A stretch of DNA of 64,000 bases, taken from Octopus sinensis (Eukaryota). A program made the translations under genes and the position numbers. The stretch lies in the NCBI RefSeq assembly GCF_006345805.1, contig NC_043020.1, forward strand, positions 21,948,001 to 22,012,000. The letters are read 5' to 3'. The notes under the pieces were generated by a model. It was not told the DNA's origin. It did no database searches and worked only from the letters and a program-made list of their open reading frames with translations. Positions 1 through 14,475 of this stretch are shown here, in pieces (position 1 is the first letter of the stretch; each line of letters begins with the position of its first letter).

Positions 1-1156
1 TCATTATAGGTTAAGTGTGGATCGAATAGAAATGTATTATCAGCAAGATGATAAAATGGGTAAATGAGTAAGATAAAATGGTTTAAAATTTTAGTGAAGG
101 AAATTTAAATCAGCAAATTGAAAAATAAAATAACTTTAGAATATAGTAGATAAGGGGTAGACTAGATTTGTATTCTAAAAACTTATTATAGGATATACCT
201 AGCTTATTTATAATAGGCGAGGTAAGATTCTATAAGAAAATACTTAATAATTGCATTATAATTTTATAATTACTAGACTAAAATTAATATTTATTTATCA
301 TGGGAGTTGTGTAAGATTAGTGTTTAATATCGTGTGAAGAAATGATCAAACTATTGGTTAAAAATTTTATTAATAATAAGACCATTATAAAAATAGAAAC
401 TAAATAACATAGATATTATAATCTATTCAATTATCAGGTTTTGAATATTAATTAAGGGGATTTAGAAAAACTTTTTATGAAAATATTCCTAGCAAATAAG
501 ATATTAATTACCACACATAACAAAAAAAAAACTTTTAAAATATTTTAAAATATAATGGAAGGGAGGCAACCAAGATGAAAGTTCTTAGAATTAGGGATAT
601 TCAAATTTAGTATTCAAGAATGAAGTATGGTTTATATGGGGCATAATAATTTAGGCCAGTTAGGGATAATATTTTTTTTTAAATGAGGGAAATTATGTGT
701 GGTAGAATTCTTGCAGAAATAGATATGGAAATTACCAATTCCTTAAAACTTTTTGTAGATTAAGTATACGACTTTTTATTAGATATATGGAATTTATGTA
801 ATAGTTATAGAAATTTAAAAAAGATTTTATTCTACTTCATTCAATTTATTTATGCTACTAAATTTCTTAATAATTACTGTAGATTAAATAAAAACTAGTA
901 GGGTATATTATTTCCTTATTTGATTTCAAGACATTTAGATTTAAAATTTAGGAATAGCCAGAATGCTATTCTTTAAAATATTTAAAGGTACGGGTAGTAC
1001 AATGTATGCAAAATACTCCTAGATCAAAATGGTTATTCAATAAGTTTACATTATCTCTGTGTTTCAAAATTTCATATATCTCTATAGAACAAAGTTCACA
1101 TCCTTCTCTACTATTTTTATAAGGCTTGCGCCTTTCTTATTCTATCCCATTTAAGG

Positions 1157-1474
1157 CTAAATCCGATATTTTTTTCCTTTCAACTCCCAAATTTTATTAG
1201 ACAGTGTGGTGTAACCTGCCTTATGTTTAAATCTAAAGCTAGACAGTTGGTTGTTTATACGTTTCTTCAGGTCTATAGAACATCCGAAATAAAAATAGCT
1301 ATTATTTGAAGTCATTACTGTACATTTATAAATTACGTTTTGGACCAGACACCGACCAGATACCGGACATCTGGACCAAATTCTATCAATTACAGCTGGG
1401 GGGATGATTTCTGATATTAATATTATTTGGGAACAAGTCGTTTTTATTGTTATTATTAAAACTATTATTAACAT
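1157..1474 (-). pseudogene. Penelope-like element GIY-YIG endonuclease remnant
   Basis: ORF CPVSGRCLVQNVIYKCTV...YFGCSIDLKKRINNQLSSFR...LSNKIWELK matches the PLE endonuclease pattern (CPxxGxCL..VIY..YIG..FKxR). The AT-rich flank 1-1150 is probably more decayed PLE. Confidence 0.75.
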
Positions 1475-1761
1475 TAGTAGTATTCCTCTTATCTATAATT
1501 ATATTGTTAGATAGGTTATGGTTGTTTGTTTCTAATTTTTCCTCCATTCCCTCACTGTTCACATTTTTATTATTATCATTTATATAATTGATATTATTAT
1601 TATTATTGTTTATATTAATGTTGTTGTTGTTGTTGTTATTATTATTATTATTTTTTTTTCTAATGAAACTGGTCTGTCTGTCTATATACTTACCATCTCT
1701 GAGATGTTGGTAATGGAATAAGTATAAAATTGAATCTCTTCAATTTAGCTAAAAATTCCAT

Positions 1762-1851
1762 ATGCAGCTGAAAATTGCTCTACATTTTAAAACTGATGTA
1801 ATACTTGCATTGTTTAATTAAATGAAGTCGCATGAAACGATCGTACTGCAT
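1762..1851 (+). ncRNA. Degenerate type I hammerhead-like motif (core CUGAAAA)
   Basis: ATGCAG-CTGAAAA-[long stem II]-GAAAC-GATC-GTA-CTGCAT; 6-bp stem I and palindromic stem III; G8 is changed to A. Confidence 0.6.
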
Positions 1852-1982
1852 TACCTTTGGATATCCTTGTTGCTTATTTTTATTATAATCACCCCATTTT
1901 GAATTATATGGATAATACCATACCAAATTCTGGTGTCTTTAACTTAAGTACCATATTCAACTGAATCTAAATTTTTACTGAG

Positions 1983-2048
<66 letters not shown>

Positions 2049-3035
2049 GCAGAAAATAACCCCTTGTAAATTACGATATGGCTATTGTTTCATTGCTAAA
2101 CCTCGCTAAGATAAGTATTTATTTATATTTATATTTATATTTAAGATCTTCAAATTGTTAATTTTAATATTGTATAAGTCTTTGGTGTAATAATATTTTC
2201 CTTATGTAAATATCGTTGTTTATGTAATGATCTAATTATCGTAATTTTCTATATTATTAGATATTAAATTTAAGTTTATTCGTAAGATATTACTTAGCGA
2301 TAGATTTCTTATTTGATAGCAAGCATACGAGGTGTATTAAGTTAGGATTTTGTATATACATGTTTTAATAGTATTAATTGTAGTTTTAAATTTATAATTA
2401 AATTAGATAAACTTTGATAAACTTAGATATGTTTCGACTAAAGATTGGTCCAGGCCATGTCTAATTTAATAGCATAACTTAGTTATTTCTTTAAATTGAT
2501 ATTCGGTAGTTATTCCCATTGATAATTATATTTATAGTATTTATTCGATACTATATTACTACGAATTGATTATTTCTATAAGTATTTTACATAAGATTTC
2601 CGAAAGTTCGTTTAAGTTTGTTTATTTGTATTTTGAAATTAGCTATTTCATCTTTAAATATGAAAAGTTAATTTATTAGGTTTTTATTATATGTGCATAT
2701 ATATTTATTTATAGAGATTATTTTAGATCTTAATTATATTTATACACATTTATCTATTTTCATTGAAAATTTATATATATTAGTCATTTTTAAATATTTA
2801 TGTAATTAGATATAGACTAATACCGATATTAGATTATTGGTGGGTTTCCTACCTTATTAATTAAAATTAATATTTAACATTATAGTCGATTTTGATATAA
2901 TCATAATTGTTAAGTTTTATGTTTCTAGTTTGATAATAGAGTTTATTATAAGTAAAATTATTATATTATTTATATCTTTTATATCTTAAAAATATTGTTT
3001 AAATATTTCTGATTATATTTTAGATATTTCAATTA

Positions 3036-3103
3036 ACCTGAAGATTGACTGTAACCATAACTCGAATTATTACGAATTGTACAGCCATGAAACGATCGTA
3101 GTG
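3036..3103 (+). ncRNA. Type I hammerhead-like motif
   Basis: CTGAAGA-TTGACTGTA...TACAGCCAT-GAAAC-GATC-GTA-GT; core intact, stem I weak. Confidence 0.55.
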
Positions 3104-3238
3104 TTTTACTCTTTATCTTTTATTAAACTTTTAATACTTTTGATATATATTTAAAATAATATAAATTAATTAATTTTATGTATTGGCTTATGTTTTTCAT
3201 TGTTTGATTTGCCTAATAGTGGTTTTATCTCTAATTTA

Positions 3239-3340
<102 letters not shown>

Positions 3341-3344
3341 GGCT

Positions 3345-3737
3345 TAACAGCCCTCATCGTTTGTTTTTACTGTGTTATTCTCTTTGTTCTTACTGTCCTG
3401 TTCTTGTTACCACTTTTACCCCTCCGCAAAAAATCCCAAATTTTATTTAATTTGCTTTGCGGGAAGGACTGTTTCAATGAAGTCGCGTCTTACCTTTGTA
3501 ACGCAGAGTAGACGAAACAGGGACAATTGAAGAAGGGGAATATTCCTTGTGTTGTATGTCTTGTATTGTTTTTTCGTTGTTTGAAAAAAAGTTCGTTTCC
3601 ATGTTTTTGTTTTTATGTTTTCTTTTCTCATAGTGTTCAACGTTTTTTTGATGTCCTGTACCCATATATGCATGTATATATTTATGTAGATGCAGGTATG
3701 TACATATATGTATATATGCATATATTTATATACTATT

Positions 3738-3782
<45 letters not shown>

Positions 3783-3835
3783 CATATTATATTATATAAC
3801 AGCAGGAAATTGCATCAAAAAATCATCACAGCAGA
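3345..3835 (+). mobile_element. Non-coding PLE-terminus-like repeat (family A)
   Basis: Related sequence recurs at about 7440-7648 (reverse), 22815-23220 (partly inverted) and, more diverged, at 15121-15553 and 16029-16461. Confidence 0.6.
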
Positions 3836-3909
3836 TATACGTCCAAAATAATATTGTATTTATTGATAGATGTATAAATATATAAAGTATGGTTATTTAA
3901 AATTTTTAA

Positions 3910-3989
3910 ATATCTTACGATCGCTTCATGAAATGAAATCTAGAATTGATAATCATTATTAGGTAATACATCCACTCGTCAGAGAATAT
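3910..3989 (-). ncRNA. Type I hammerhead-like motif
   Basis: Reverse complement: ATATTCT-CTGACGA-GTGGATG...CATTTCAT-GAAGC-GATC-GTA-AGATAT; same GATC-loop stem III as the motifs at 1762 and 3036. Confidence 0.55.
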
Positions 3990-4599
3990 ATGAAAAAGAT
4001 GTTTAAAGATGTATAAAAAGTTACTGGCATAGATGTGTGTTGGTACAATCTTGTGCTAAAAATTTTGAAGAAATAATATGCATCCGTGGTAAAATTCTCT
4101 GCAGTAATCCATAATGGCTGTTTGTAAATATAAATCCCATAATTCTGTTCTCTTCAATGTGTGATCCATAAATGCAGAAAATAAAAGTAGTTAAATCTTT
4201 GCCTTTTATACTTATTGCTTTTTTATCAATGACGCAAGTATTTTATTTCTTTCTTTCCCTTTTTCTTTCTCCCCGCCACCTCCATTCTTTCTTTTCTGAA
4301 CGTGTGGCGTAATCTGTGTCAGACATGACGTAAGATTTTTATGAATAAAATAGCTTGAATACATTTACTCTCACCCGCCTTCTCTTCTCGCTGCCTTTCC
4401 TCAGTATACTTTACATTATTTTCGTTAACTTATTTACTATTTTATTTGTGCGTCACCATCGCCTCTTCTAGGTTGAATAAAGTTATACAGTTTTTATCTT
4501 CACACAGTTTTACTTCTGACACATGGGTTAGTCCTTCAATGAAGCAGGCCAATTCATTGTCATTTAGTCGTCGAATCTAAGACGTAGTGATACAGTATG

Positions 4600-5863
<1,264 letters not shown>

Positions 5864-5864
<1 letters not shown>

Positions 5865-7980
5865 TAGCAAATCTACCCATCTACGATAGAGGCATAAAAT
5901 GAGGGAGGGAAATCACAACAGCAGTATGTATTGAAAAATGTGTAAATGGATTTTAATATCAATATGATTACAAAACTTCTTTGTGGACGATATTTTGTGT
6001 GTTATCGACACTAATTTTCAAGTTACTGGAGTCCGTTCCTCTACTCACAGAGACTTATAACTGACCGTGTGTAAACATTGGAGTGGGTAAAATACACCTA
6101 CACGATCTAAAGTCTGGCCTTGTGCCTTATTTACAGGGTTGCTTGATGCTGTCAACAAAACTGATACATTAATACCTGGAAGAAGAATTATTTTCCCACC
6201 AACCATCACCGGCAGTCCAAGATTTTACAGCGAGGCCTTCCAAAATGCCATGGCAATAGTAAGAGCAATGGGAAAGCCAGATTACTTCATCACATTTACC
6301 ACAAATCCAAAATGTTCGGAGTTATTGTCCGCCCTATTTCCTGGGGAGCATGCACAGGACCGACCTGATATTGCCTGTCGAGTATTCAAAATCAAGCTCG
6401 GCGAACTTCTCCATGATCTACTGAAAAAAACACGTTCTGTGAAGAGTCATCGCCTATACACTAACTATTGAATAGTAAAAATGTGGCTTTACAAGCGCAC
6501 ATATACTACTTATCATGGCTAATCATCATAAACCGACTGTTAAAAAAATCACAGACAAAGTAGTTAGTGCCGAAATACCCGACAAACACCGAAACTCGGA
6601 GTTAGTCAACTCAGTTATGGCACATAATATTCATGGTCCATGTGAAGCATTCTGGAAGTTGTATGGATTTTACATACACCAAAAGTATCCTACAGTCGAA
6701 AAACTTCCCTGTCATTTACCTGATGAGCAGACTGTACAATACGACTCGACTTCTGTCGCTGCGGCTCTGGGACGCGGACCACCGTTAACTAAACTGACAG
6801 CTTATTTTCAAACACGACGAAAAAGCCCGACAGATAGATTTTATACCGAGATTTTCCTAAATATTACACCTGGAACAATAAAACCAAGTCGTAGCAAAAA
6901 CGAAAACGAGGTACAACAGATGATAGTGATAACGTCAAAACTGATACTATCGGATGAATCCACACATATCATATAGTGCTCGTCAGTCAGAACTGTTTGG
7001 CCTTCGGATATTCCTTCACCATATTAAAGAACGGTATAACGGAATGTTACTTTCCAGAAAGTTTTCCCGAGTCGCTATCAAATTGTAAGCTGTAATCCGT
7101 TCCAACGAGGGAAATGCATACCAAAGCATTATCTTCCACTTGTACTTGCACTTGTCTTGATTTCCGGCGAGCTAGAGAGTTCTTTATCTGTTCCGAAGCT
7201 CTCACTTGAGGATTTTTGCGTGTTACTTGGCGAGCTAGTGTATCATTGCTCTGTTCCGACGTTCTCACTTCTGTATCACGGCGAATTCTATAAGCTTCCA
7301 TATCCTTATTCTGTTGCACTTGTCTGTATTCACTGTTAGACTGTCTCTTACTTTTTATAGCGGCAGTTTTCCTGGTAGTCCTACCAATTCATGATTTCCG
7401 TTTCCAGGTCATAATGGCGAGGAACGAAGGAAAATTTAATAAAGTATTACACAACTTTATGCAATTTCCTGTTCTTATTTCATAATATAATATAATATAA
7501 TATAATATAATATAATATAATATGATATAATATAATATTATATATATATAATATAAATAATATATAAATATATGCATATATACATACATATATGTACATA
7601 CCTACATCTACATGAATATATACATGCATATATGGGTACGGGACATTATGCATACAATCGTTATTGATAAAGTTCATAATAGTCATATACCGACTAAAGA
7701 TGAGCCAAGGCCATCGCAATCATTCCTTAACGGCGTAATTCAGTGGAGAAGTTAATTTACTTCTCTTCGCTGCTTTTATTACGAGTTACCTCCCCTTAAT
7801 TTTTATTTACTTTATGTACGCCCGTAAACTGAAAAATTACTTTCAATATCCACTAAATGATCATACTTTTTCACATTTTTTTTCGCTAAAAACCTGCCTG
7901 GATTACCTCCTTCGTAATCCCGAAAAACATCGTGACCATTGGTCCAGCCGTTTGACCATCAGGAGGGTACAGACAGACGG
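5864..7980. mobile_element. Decayed, internally rearranged Helitron
   Basis: Rep-like peptides on + (PPTITGSPRFY..AMAIVRAMGKPDYFITFTTNPK; HGPC; EAFWKL..HLPDEQ; TKLTAYF); charged repeat peptide on - (7047-7319); degenerate minus-strand CTAG end at 5864. Confidence 0.7.
6139..6976 (+). pseudogene. Helitron Rep (HUH) domain fragments
   Basis: GKPDYFITFTTNPK motif 1, frameshifted AHILL motif 2 near 6497, and HGPC fused to EAFW, indicating an internal deletion. Confidence 0.85.
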
Positions 7981-8159
7981 TCATTACGTCTGTAACGAAC
8001 TTAGTGAGTGTGAATATCTTCTCTTGTACTTTCGGGGTACAAGAAAGCAATCACTAGCCGTTGCTTTAATAATCCAGAATTCTACCAGTCAGAAACAACA
8101 AGATGCAGACGTAAAAGATATATATACTACTTTATTCTCTTTCTTGGTAACTGTAACAA

Positions 8160-8600
8160 TAAGTGGTTATCTGATGTCCTTGGTTCGGGGCGCGCAAGGC
8201 TGAAAGTTAATCGATTGTAATATTTACAATGTTCAGCCGCCAAAAACAGAACGGGTTAAATATGGCGTCCGGAACAGGGAAGATGAATGTGGTCGGCAAC
8301 AATTTGGTTAAAAGCTTTCGGCCGACTGCTATCAAAGCTAGACAGCGAGAATACACGTCCGTCTCCTTCGGTTGCAGCTGTCCCAAGTCGCCGCTGCTGC
8401 TGGACGCTGGTGGTCAACGTCTTACGACCCCCTTGCCTCGGCTAACTGCTACGTAGGCAAAAGGGTTCTTCTTCCGGTGCTTCGCGCATGCGCGAGAGGG
8501 CCCTTCCTCTCTCTGCCTTGGTAAAGGCACCAACACGCGCGAAATACAAATGGACGGTGCGCGAGCGCGCGCCGTTATAGGATCACTACACGTCCATTGT
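8160..8600. promoter_or_regulatory. CpG/GC-rich promoter-like island
   Basis: Non-repetitive in this window, many CpGs; CTTCCGG (ETS-like) next to the palindrome CGCGCATGCGCG (NRF1-like) at about 8471-8494; ATGGCG (YY1-like) at 8262. Confidence 0.45.
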
Positions 8601-8622
8601 AGTATGAGTATTAATATTATTA

Positions 8623-8827
8623 TTGGCGAGCTAATCATTAGTCCGCTGGGCGAAATGCTTAGCGGTATTTCGTTTGTCGCTACATTTCGAATTCAAATTC
8701 CGTCGATGTCGACTTTACCTTTCATCATTTCGGAGTCGATAAAATAAGTACCAGCTGAACACTCGTGTCGATGTAATCGACTAATACCCGCCCCAAAATT
8801 GCTTACCTTTGTGGAAAAATTTGAAAC

Positions 8828-8885
<58 letters not shown>

Positions 8886-8907
8886 GTTATTGTTATTGTT
8901 GTTGTTT

Positions 8908-8995
<88 letters not shown>

Positions 8996-9290
8996 GATGG
9001 CGAGCATGTAGAATCGTCAGAGCCTCAGACAAAATGAATAGCGGCATTTCTCCTGGCTCATTTTATTTTGAGTTGCTGTCCTGCTGATGTCAATTTTACC
9101 TTTCATTTCTTAGGAATCGAGGCAGTCAAGTACTACAGTCAATTTAACTAACTAACATCGCTCTCTTCAAATCATTTGCCCTATACTTATACCTAAGTGT
9201 TTGTTCCGGTTCCTTACATTCTGAGTTCAAATCTCGCTGAGATAACTTTGCCTTTAATCATTTCAGTGGATAAAATAAACGCTCTATCAG
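8623..9290 (+). mobile_element. Two to three decayed SINE family 1 copies around an (ATT/GTT)n tract
   Basis: GGCGAGCT...GTCGACTTTACCTTTCATC...GTACCAG homology; microsatellite at 8827-8993. Confidence 0.75.
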
Positions 9291-9698
9291 ACATATGAGG
9301 TACTCCGATATTTCTTCAGATATCTGGGAGGAGAAGGCCTTTCGGCACGATGAACTGTGCCGATCTCTAAAGCTCGTAATTCCAGCAGAGAGAAAACGAA
9401 AAAGCACACGAAAGAAATCACTTCGCCTTTGCGCGAAGTAACTTTATCTGCAGCAGATGTCATCACTGCTGTAGATCAAGCGCAGGCCTTGCAGTCTATA
9501 AGTGAGCCTGCCAAAGATGATTTCTGAGCAGAACAGTCAACGTCGACCTTCGATGGACAGCTTGTGACGACGACGACAATGAAATAGAATACCAAGCAAG
9601 GTCAATTTAATCAAACCAACCGCTCGCATAATTTTGTAACCTTGTGCCTATGACAGAAATGATTGGAGTTATCGTTTTTGCTAGATTGGTCAGAAGAA

Positions 9699-10365
9699 CG
9701 AGGTGGTATCAAAGGGTTCCCGGACTATTTATGTTTAATCAAAAATAACTTATTTACCTAAGTTTTAACATCATCTCCTTTGAAATAGTCATCTTGCGCA
9801 GCAATATACCAGTCCCAGCGCACCTACTATTTTTGGAATCCAGCCTGGAATTCGTTTTCCATAAACGAGTCAAGGACCATCTGTGATTCGCTCTGGATCT
9901 CGACAACGGTGTTAAAACAGGAACCTTTGAGCTGCACTTTCTTCTTGGGGAACAGATGGAAGTCTGCAACTGCTAAATCTGGTGAATTGGGCGGATGCGA
10001 AAGCGATACCATGTTGTTTTGAGCGAGAAACTCACGCGTGAGGAGAGCTTGGTGATAGCGTGCATTGTCGTCGTGAAGAATCCAATTCGTCTCGCTCCAC
10101 AAATCCGATCGCTTTTTCCATCAAACACTTCAAAACGCGGCAGTAGAACTATCGATTGAGGGTCTGGTCCTGGGGGCGAAATTCTCGATGCACAATACCA
10201 CATTTACGGGGATGACACTCGTACCAGGTCTTCCAAATCACTCATTGTCTTCCAGAGACGTTCTTCCGCTTTTGAAGCGCCCGTGCCATTCGAAACAATA
10301 CGTACAACCCATTGCTCCGCGCCGTAAAATTGCCGAAGCATACCCAATGTCGCTGGAGTAGACTT
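9699..10365 (-). mobile_element. Mariner transposon relic (internally deleted)
   Basis: WILHDDNA and HPPNSPDL (YSPDL-like) C-terminal motifs; N-terminal FEWHGRFKSGRTSLED; TIR-like CGAGGTGGTATCAAAGGGTTCCCGGACT at 9699. Confidence 0.9.
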
Positions 10366-10446
10366 CCCAGGATTGCGGTTTCGATTCCCAGACCAGACAT
10401 TGTGAGTGTTTATTGAGCGGAAACACCTAAAGCTCCACGAGACTCC

Positions 10447-11121
10447 GTTTTAAACTTCGTATACTGGTAGAATGTGTTTATAAAACATCATTTTCTCTTG
10501 TCTTTATTGAGAAAATTCTATAGGTTGTAAGATATTTCGTCTGAAATTTCTTGCATTTCGGCAATTTTAACCAATCACTGACGTCCATTTAGGTAAATAA
10601 CATTCTGTGCATAATGAATAAGTCCCTCATTTAAGAAACAGATTGGGTTTATTTACATTTGTGAAGAAAAAAAGATACCCTTTCCCAACCCCTAACCCTA
10701 AATCTAAAATAGATTGAAATGCAATAGATTGATACTAGGGCCATAATTATGGGTTACATTTTCATTTGACACTGCTAGAAAAAAATCCCATTTTCCGTAG
10801 CGGTGTCGTATGAAATTATCACATATAATTATAACCCTAGTGTCGATCTACTGCATTTTAATCTATTTTAGATTTAGGGTTAGGGTTAGGGGTGGGGGAA
10901 GAGTATCTTTTTTCTTCACAAATGTAAATAAACCCAATCTGTTTCTTAAAGGAGGGACATATTCATTATACACAGAATATATCTTACAAACTATAGAATT
11001 TTCTCAATAAAACCAAGAGAAAATGATGTTTTATAAACACATTCTACCAGTATACGAAGTTTAAAACTTTTTAGTTACCTAGAAATTATGTTACAAAGTG
11101 CTGTTCAAAAGGAAAAGATCC
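10447..11121. mobile_element. Foldback/MITE-like element with long inverted arms
   Basis: About 10447-10770 is the reverse complement of about 10815-11067; the arms contain short CCCTAA/TTAGGG runs. Confidence 0.75.
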
Positions 11122-11764
11122 AATATAAGTATGCTATTAAAATAAATGATCTTTTATATGCCTTTTTAAAAATCACTCTGTTGCCCTAACGGTATTCCTT
11201 ACACACATGCATGCACACACTCAGCGTCAGCGATATACTTTTACAGATAGTAAGAGAGAGTGTGGTAAAAATGTATAGAGAGGGGTAAAATTTACCATGA
11301 GAAAAGCTATAAATCTGTTGCTGTCACAGATTTTGAAACTTTAAAATTAAGTGAACAATTTTCAATGGTGGTACGGTGTATTCTTTCACGGTCAATTCAA
11401 GTTTATGATTCATTTATTCTAGACATTTTTTTGAAAAATATTACAGTGGTTTAAAGTTTGATCATTTTTAACCAATCAGAAAACAGGATTTATGCGAAAT
11501 AGTTGTCATAAAATGAAAATAAACATAAAAATGAAAGCAATGCGTGAGAATTAATTATACAAGGAGAGCGAGTGTCAAAGAGTATAATAAATATAGAGCG
11601 ATACACTGGTGTGACGGATAGAGAGTGGGAGAGTTGTTGATCTAGAAGTTAAGCTATTTCTCGTAGAAAATTATATATTTTTATTATTATATATGGACGA
11701 CCTTTCTTTGGGACGCAGATTTCGAAAATCAAATTTGTTTGTCTCGAGGGTGCACCGTTTCAGA

Positions 11765-13060
11765 GCCACATACTCTCGCATTTGGTAAGAGTGCAGATTG
11801 CATCGAATATCAATCTGGAGGTTAAGACAAGTAGTAACGTCGGTTCCTACAGAACAGCCATGTTTAAGTGGCGATAAGCATTATTTCTTAGTATAGTTAC
11901 TTCATCTCTTATAGAAATTTTCTAACTAGCTAATTTGCTTGTTGTAAAATAAGTGATTAATTGAACTATTGCGATCTCTAGCGAGGATGACCACAAAGAG
12001 GTCCAAAAGTATTCTCGTGGCTGAAAGATGGTAGGGATTCACTTCGCTGCTTACAATATATATCGGATGCTGATTGCATCGACTAACTAGCTGGAGGAGG
12101 CGTCCTCCTGGGATTAAAAATAGCAGTAAGTGGCAGTAGAGATGAAGTGAACAGGGAGGAAAGGGTCAGTGACGTTAATGGCTGAGAGGCCCTACCGGAA
12201 GAGGGAGCGTGAGTGAGGTCAAGTGGGCGGAAGTAGGACCAGAGTGGGCCTCTTTGCCATCGGGCAGTGGGAGTGGAAGGAAGTATGTAGATGTTCGAGC
12301 TAGAAGGGTATTTTGCTGTAGGTTCTAGCGATGGGTTAGACGGGTAGGGTGCATTTCGGATTTAACCCTGTTGGACAGTCGATACTGAGAGGTAGATGAA
12401 TCGCGCTTTGTTCCTCATTGTTACAAGCTATTTCGGTTCTCGTATATATGTATTTTTCCCTTTTGTTATTGTTGTCCTTTTCCACGAGAAGTCAGCAAAA
12501 ATAAGGATCGGTAGCGATGCCATAAGACCTTTCTGTGGCAAGGGAGATGTTATCGCCTGGATCCGTAAGAACAAGCTGCAAAGCATTGAAGATGTAGCAG
12601 GTTCCATGGCTCTGTATCTGGATGAAAACGCGCTAGCGCTTATACCTCGAAATGGATGAAACAGACTAACTGGATGCAGAGGAGATTGACCGGGGCCTGG
12701 CGGAAGCCTTTTTGGGCTAAACACACGTACATAATCACACACACTCGCATTTGGTTGGGGCTTACTCTCCTGCTGGCAATATATATCGGGTGCAGATTGC
12801 ATCGAAAAACCACCTGGAGAAGACATCCACCTGAGGTTAAAATAGCAGTAACGTCGGTTCCTACGGAACAGCCATGTTTAAGTAGCTGTGAAGATGTGCG
12901 AGCTAGAAAAGAAATTTGCCGTAAGTTCTAGCGATGGGTTAGATGGGTAGGGAGCATCTCGGATTTAATCCAGTTGGACAGTCGACACTGTGAGGTATGT
13001 GAATCGCGCTTAGTTTCTCATACTACAATTCTCATATTACAGTGGCGATAAGCATTACTT
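11765..13060 (+). mobile_element. Gypsy-like LTR retrotransposon relic (three LTR-like fragments and a gag remnant)
   Basis: Diverged direct repeats at about 11765-11890, 12030-12426 and 12735-13060; peptide IRPFCGKGDVIAWIRK..LQSIEDVA..LYLDENALAL resembles a gag N-terminus; TACA followed by GTGGCG (PBS-like) near 13038. Confidence 0.5.
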
Positions 13061-13219
13061 CGTAATTGTAATCATTTTAGATAACTTAAAAGGCAAACAA
13101 CAGATGTCATATTTCATTTAGATATAGTAATTTACTAGCAAAGATACCCGGTGTTGTTCGGGATTAACATAGTATAGTTTGTATACACACACACACATAC
13201 ACACGCATATATATATATA

Positions 13220-13481
13220 TTTTATAAAGGGCTTAGTAAAATAAATTACTTTGTCACATACTGAACTCATTAGAAATAGCAGCAAAAAGAAAAATTTTTT
13301 TTTAGCCATTTCTAATACTTAAAGAAAATTTCTCTCAGATAGTGTTTACTCAAAATAAACACTATCTGAGAGAAATTTTCTTTAAGTATTAGAAATGGCT
13401 AAAAAAATTTTTTTTTGGCTGCTATTTCTAATGAGTTCAGTATGTGGCAAAGTAATTTATTTTACTAAGCCCTTTATAAAA
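13220..13481. repeat. Near-perfect palindrome, arms about 128 bp, 7-nt loop
   Basis: Centre AGTGTTTA-CTCAAAA-TAAACACT; arms pair out to TTTATAAAGGGCTTAG / CTAAGCCCTTTATAAA. Confidence 0.9.
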
Positions 13482-13612
13482 TGTAATATTTTGAATTCGC
13501 CTTAAATGGTCCCTTTACATACTGAATACTTGGTGAAATTGATTAATAATTAATTAATTTTACCCTCAATTGTTGAAATTATATATATATATATATATAT
13601 ATAGGCGCAATG

Positions 13613-13838
13613 TAGAGGCGCAATGGCCTAGTGGTTAGGGCAGCGGACTCGCGGTCGCAGGATCGCGGTTTCGATTCTCAGACTGGGCGTTGTGTGTGTT
13701 TATTGAGCGAAAACACCTAAAAGCTCTACGAGGCTCCGGCAGGGGGTGGTGATCCCTGCTGTACTCTTTCACCACAATGGCGGTGCCCCAGCATGGCCAC
13801 AGCTCAAGAGCTGAAACTGGAAAAACAAAAAACAAAAA

Positions 13839-13845
<7 letters not shown>
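13613..13845 (+). mobile_element. tRNA-derived SINE (family 2)
   Basis: A-box TGGCCTAGTGG, B-box-like GGTTTCGATTC, A-rich tail, inserted in (TA)n; a fragment recurs at about 10368-10446. Confidence 0.8.
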
Positions 13846-13876
<31 letters not shown>

Positions 13877-14141
13877 CAGTTATGTTGAAACAGGAAAGTG
13901 TAGCATTGACGGCAAAACATTTGTGGAGTAAATTTCGAAGCTTTGCATAAACGACAATTTGAGTTTAGTACATCAATTTGGATAGAATAATCATTTTTAT
14001 ATTAATGGGATGGATCATACCTGAGAGCAACTCCAAGTACTATGAAGATCGAATTTGTATGTAGTCTGCTTCTGAGAGCTATTCTATCGGACCTCTGTGT
14101 AATCTGGCGTGCTAAACATTGTTTTAATGATTCAGCATTAA

Positions 14142-14475
14142 GTGCTGCAACATGCCTTTGCTAATCTTGAAAAAGTCACATTTCCATTCTGTCTTGAGAC
14201 TCCATTTGATGTACTGCAGCATGCCTTTGCTAATCTTGAGAATGTTTCATCTCCCTTCTGTCTTGGAACCCCATCAGACATGCTGCAACATGGTTTTGCT
14301 GATGTTGAGAAAGTCTCCTCTCTTTTCTCTCTTGACATTGTACTTGACGTGCTGCATCATGTGTTTGATGATCTTTGGAAAGGGTCATGTCTCTTATTGA
14401 GATTCTATTTGACGTGCTGCAGCATGCTGTTGCTGATGTTAAGAAAGTTTCGTGTTCCTTATGTCTTGAGACTCT
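14142..14475. repeat. Degenerate 69-bp tandem repeat (about 5 units)
   Basis: GTGCTGCA(A/G)CATG..TTTGCT(A/G)AT recurs every 69 bp or so; the minus strand gives 23-aa repeats (TFSRLAKACCSTS). Confidence 0.75.

Noticed and set aside
9330-9440. Small hairpins (CGGCAC..GTGCCG, CTTCGC..GCGAAG) as an ncRNA
   Set aside because: Short stems with no recognisable family or second copy.
10680-10895. Interstitial telomere or fusion site
   Set aside because: Only 2-3 units, embedded symmetrically in a foldback element.
13613-13690. tRNA gene (also 22360-22435)
   Set aside because: The A/B boxes run into multicopy SINE bodies and tails; no intact cloverleaf acceptor stem or terminator.
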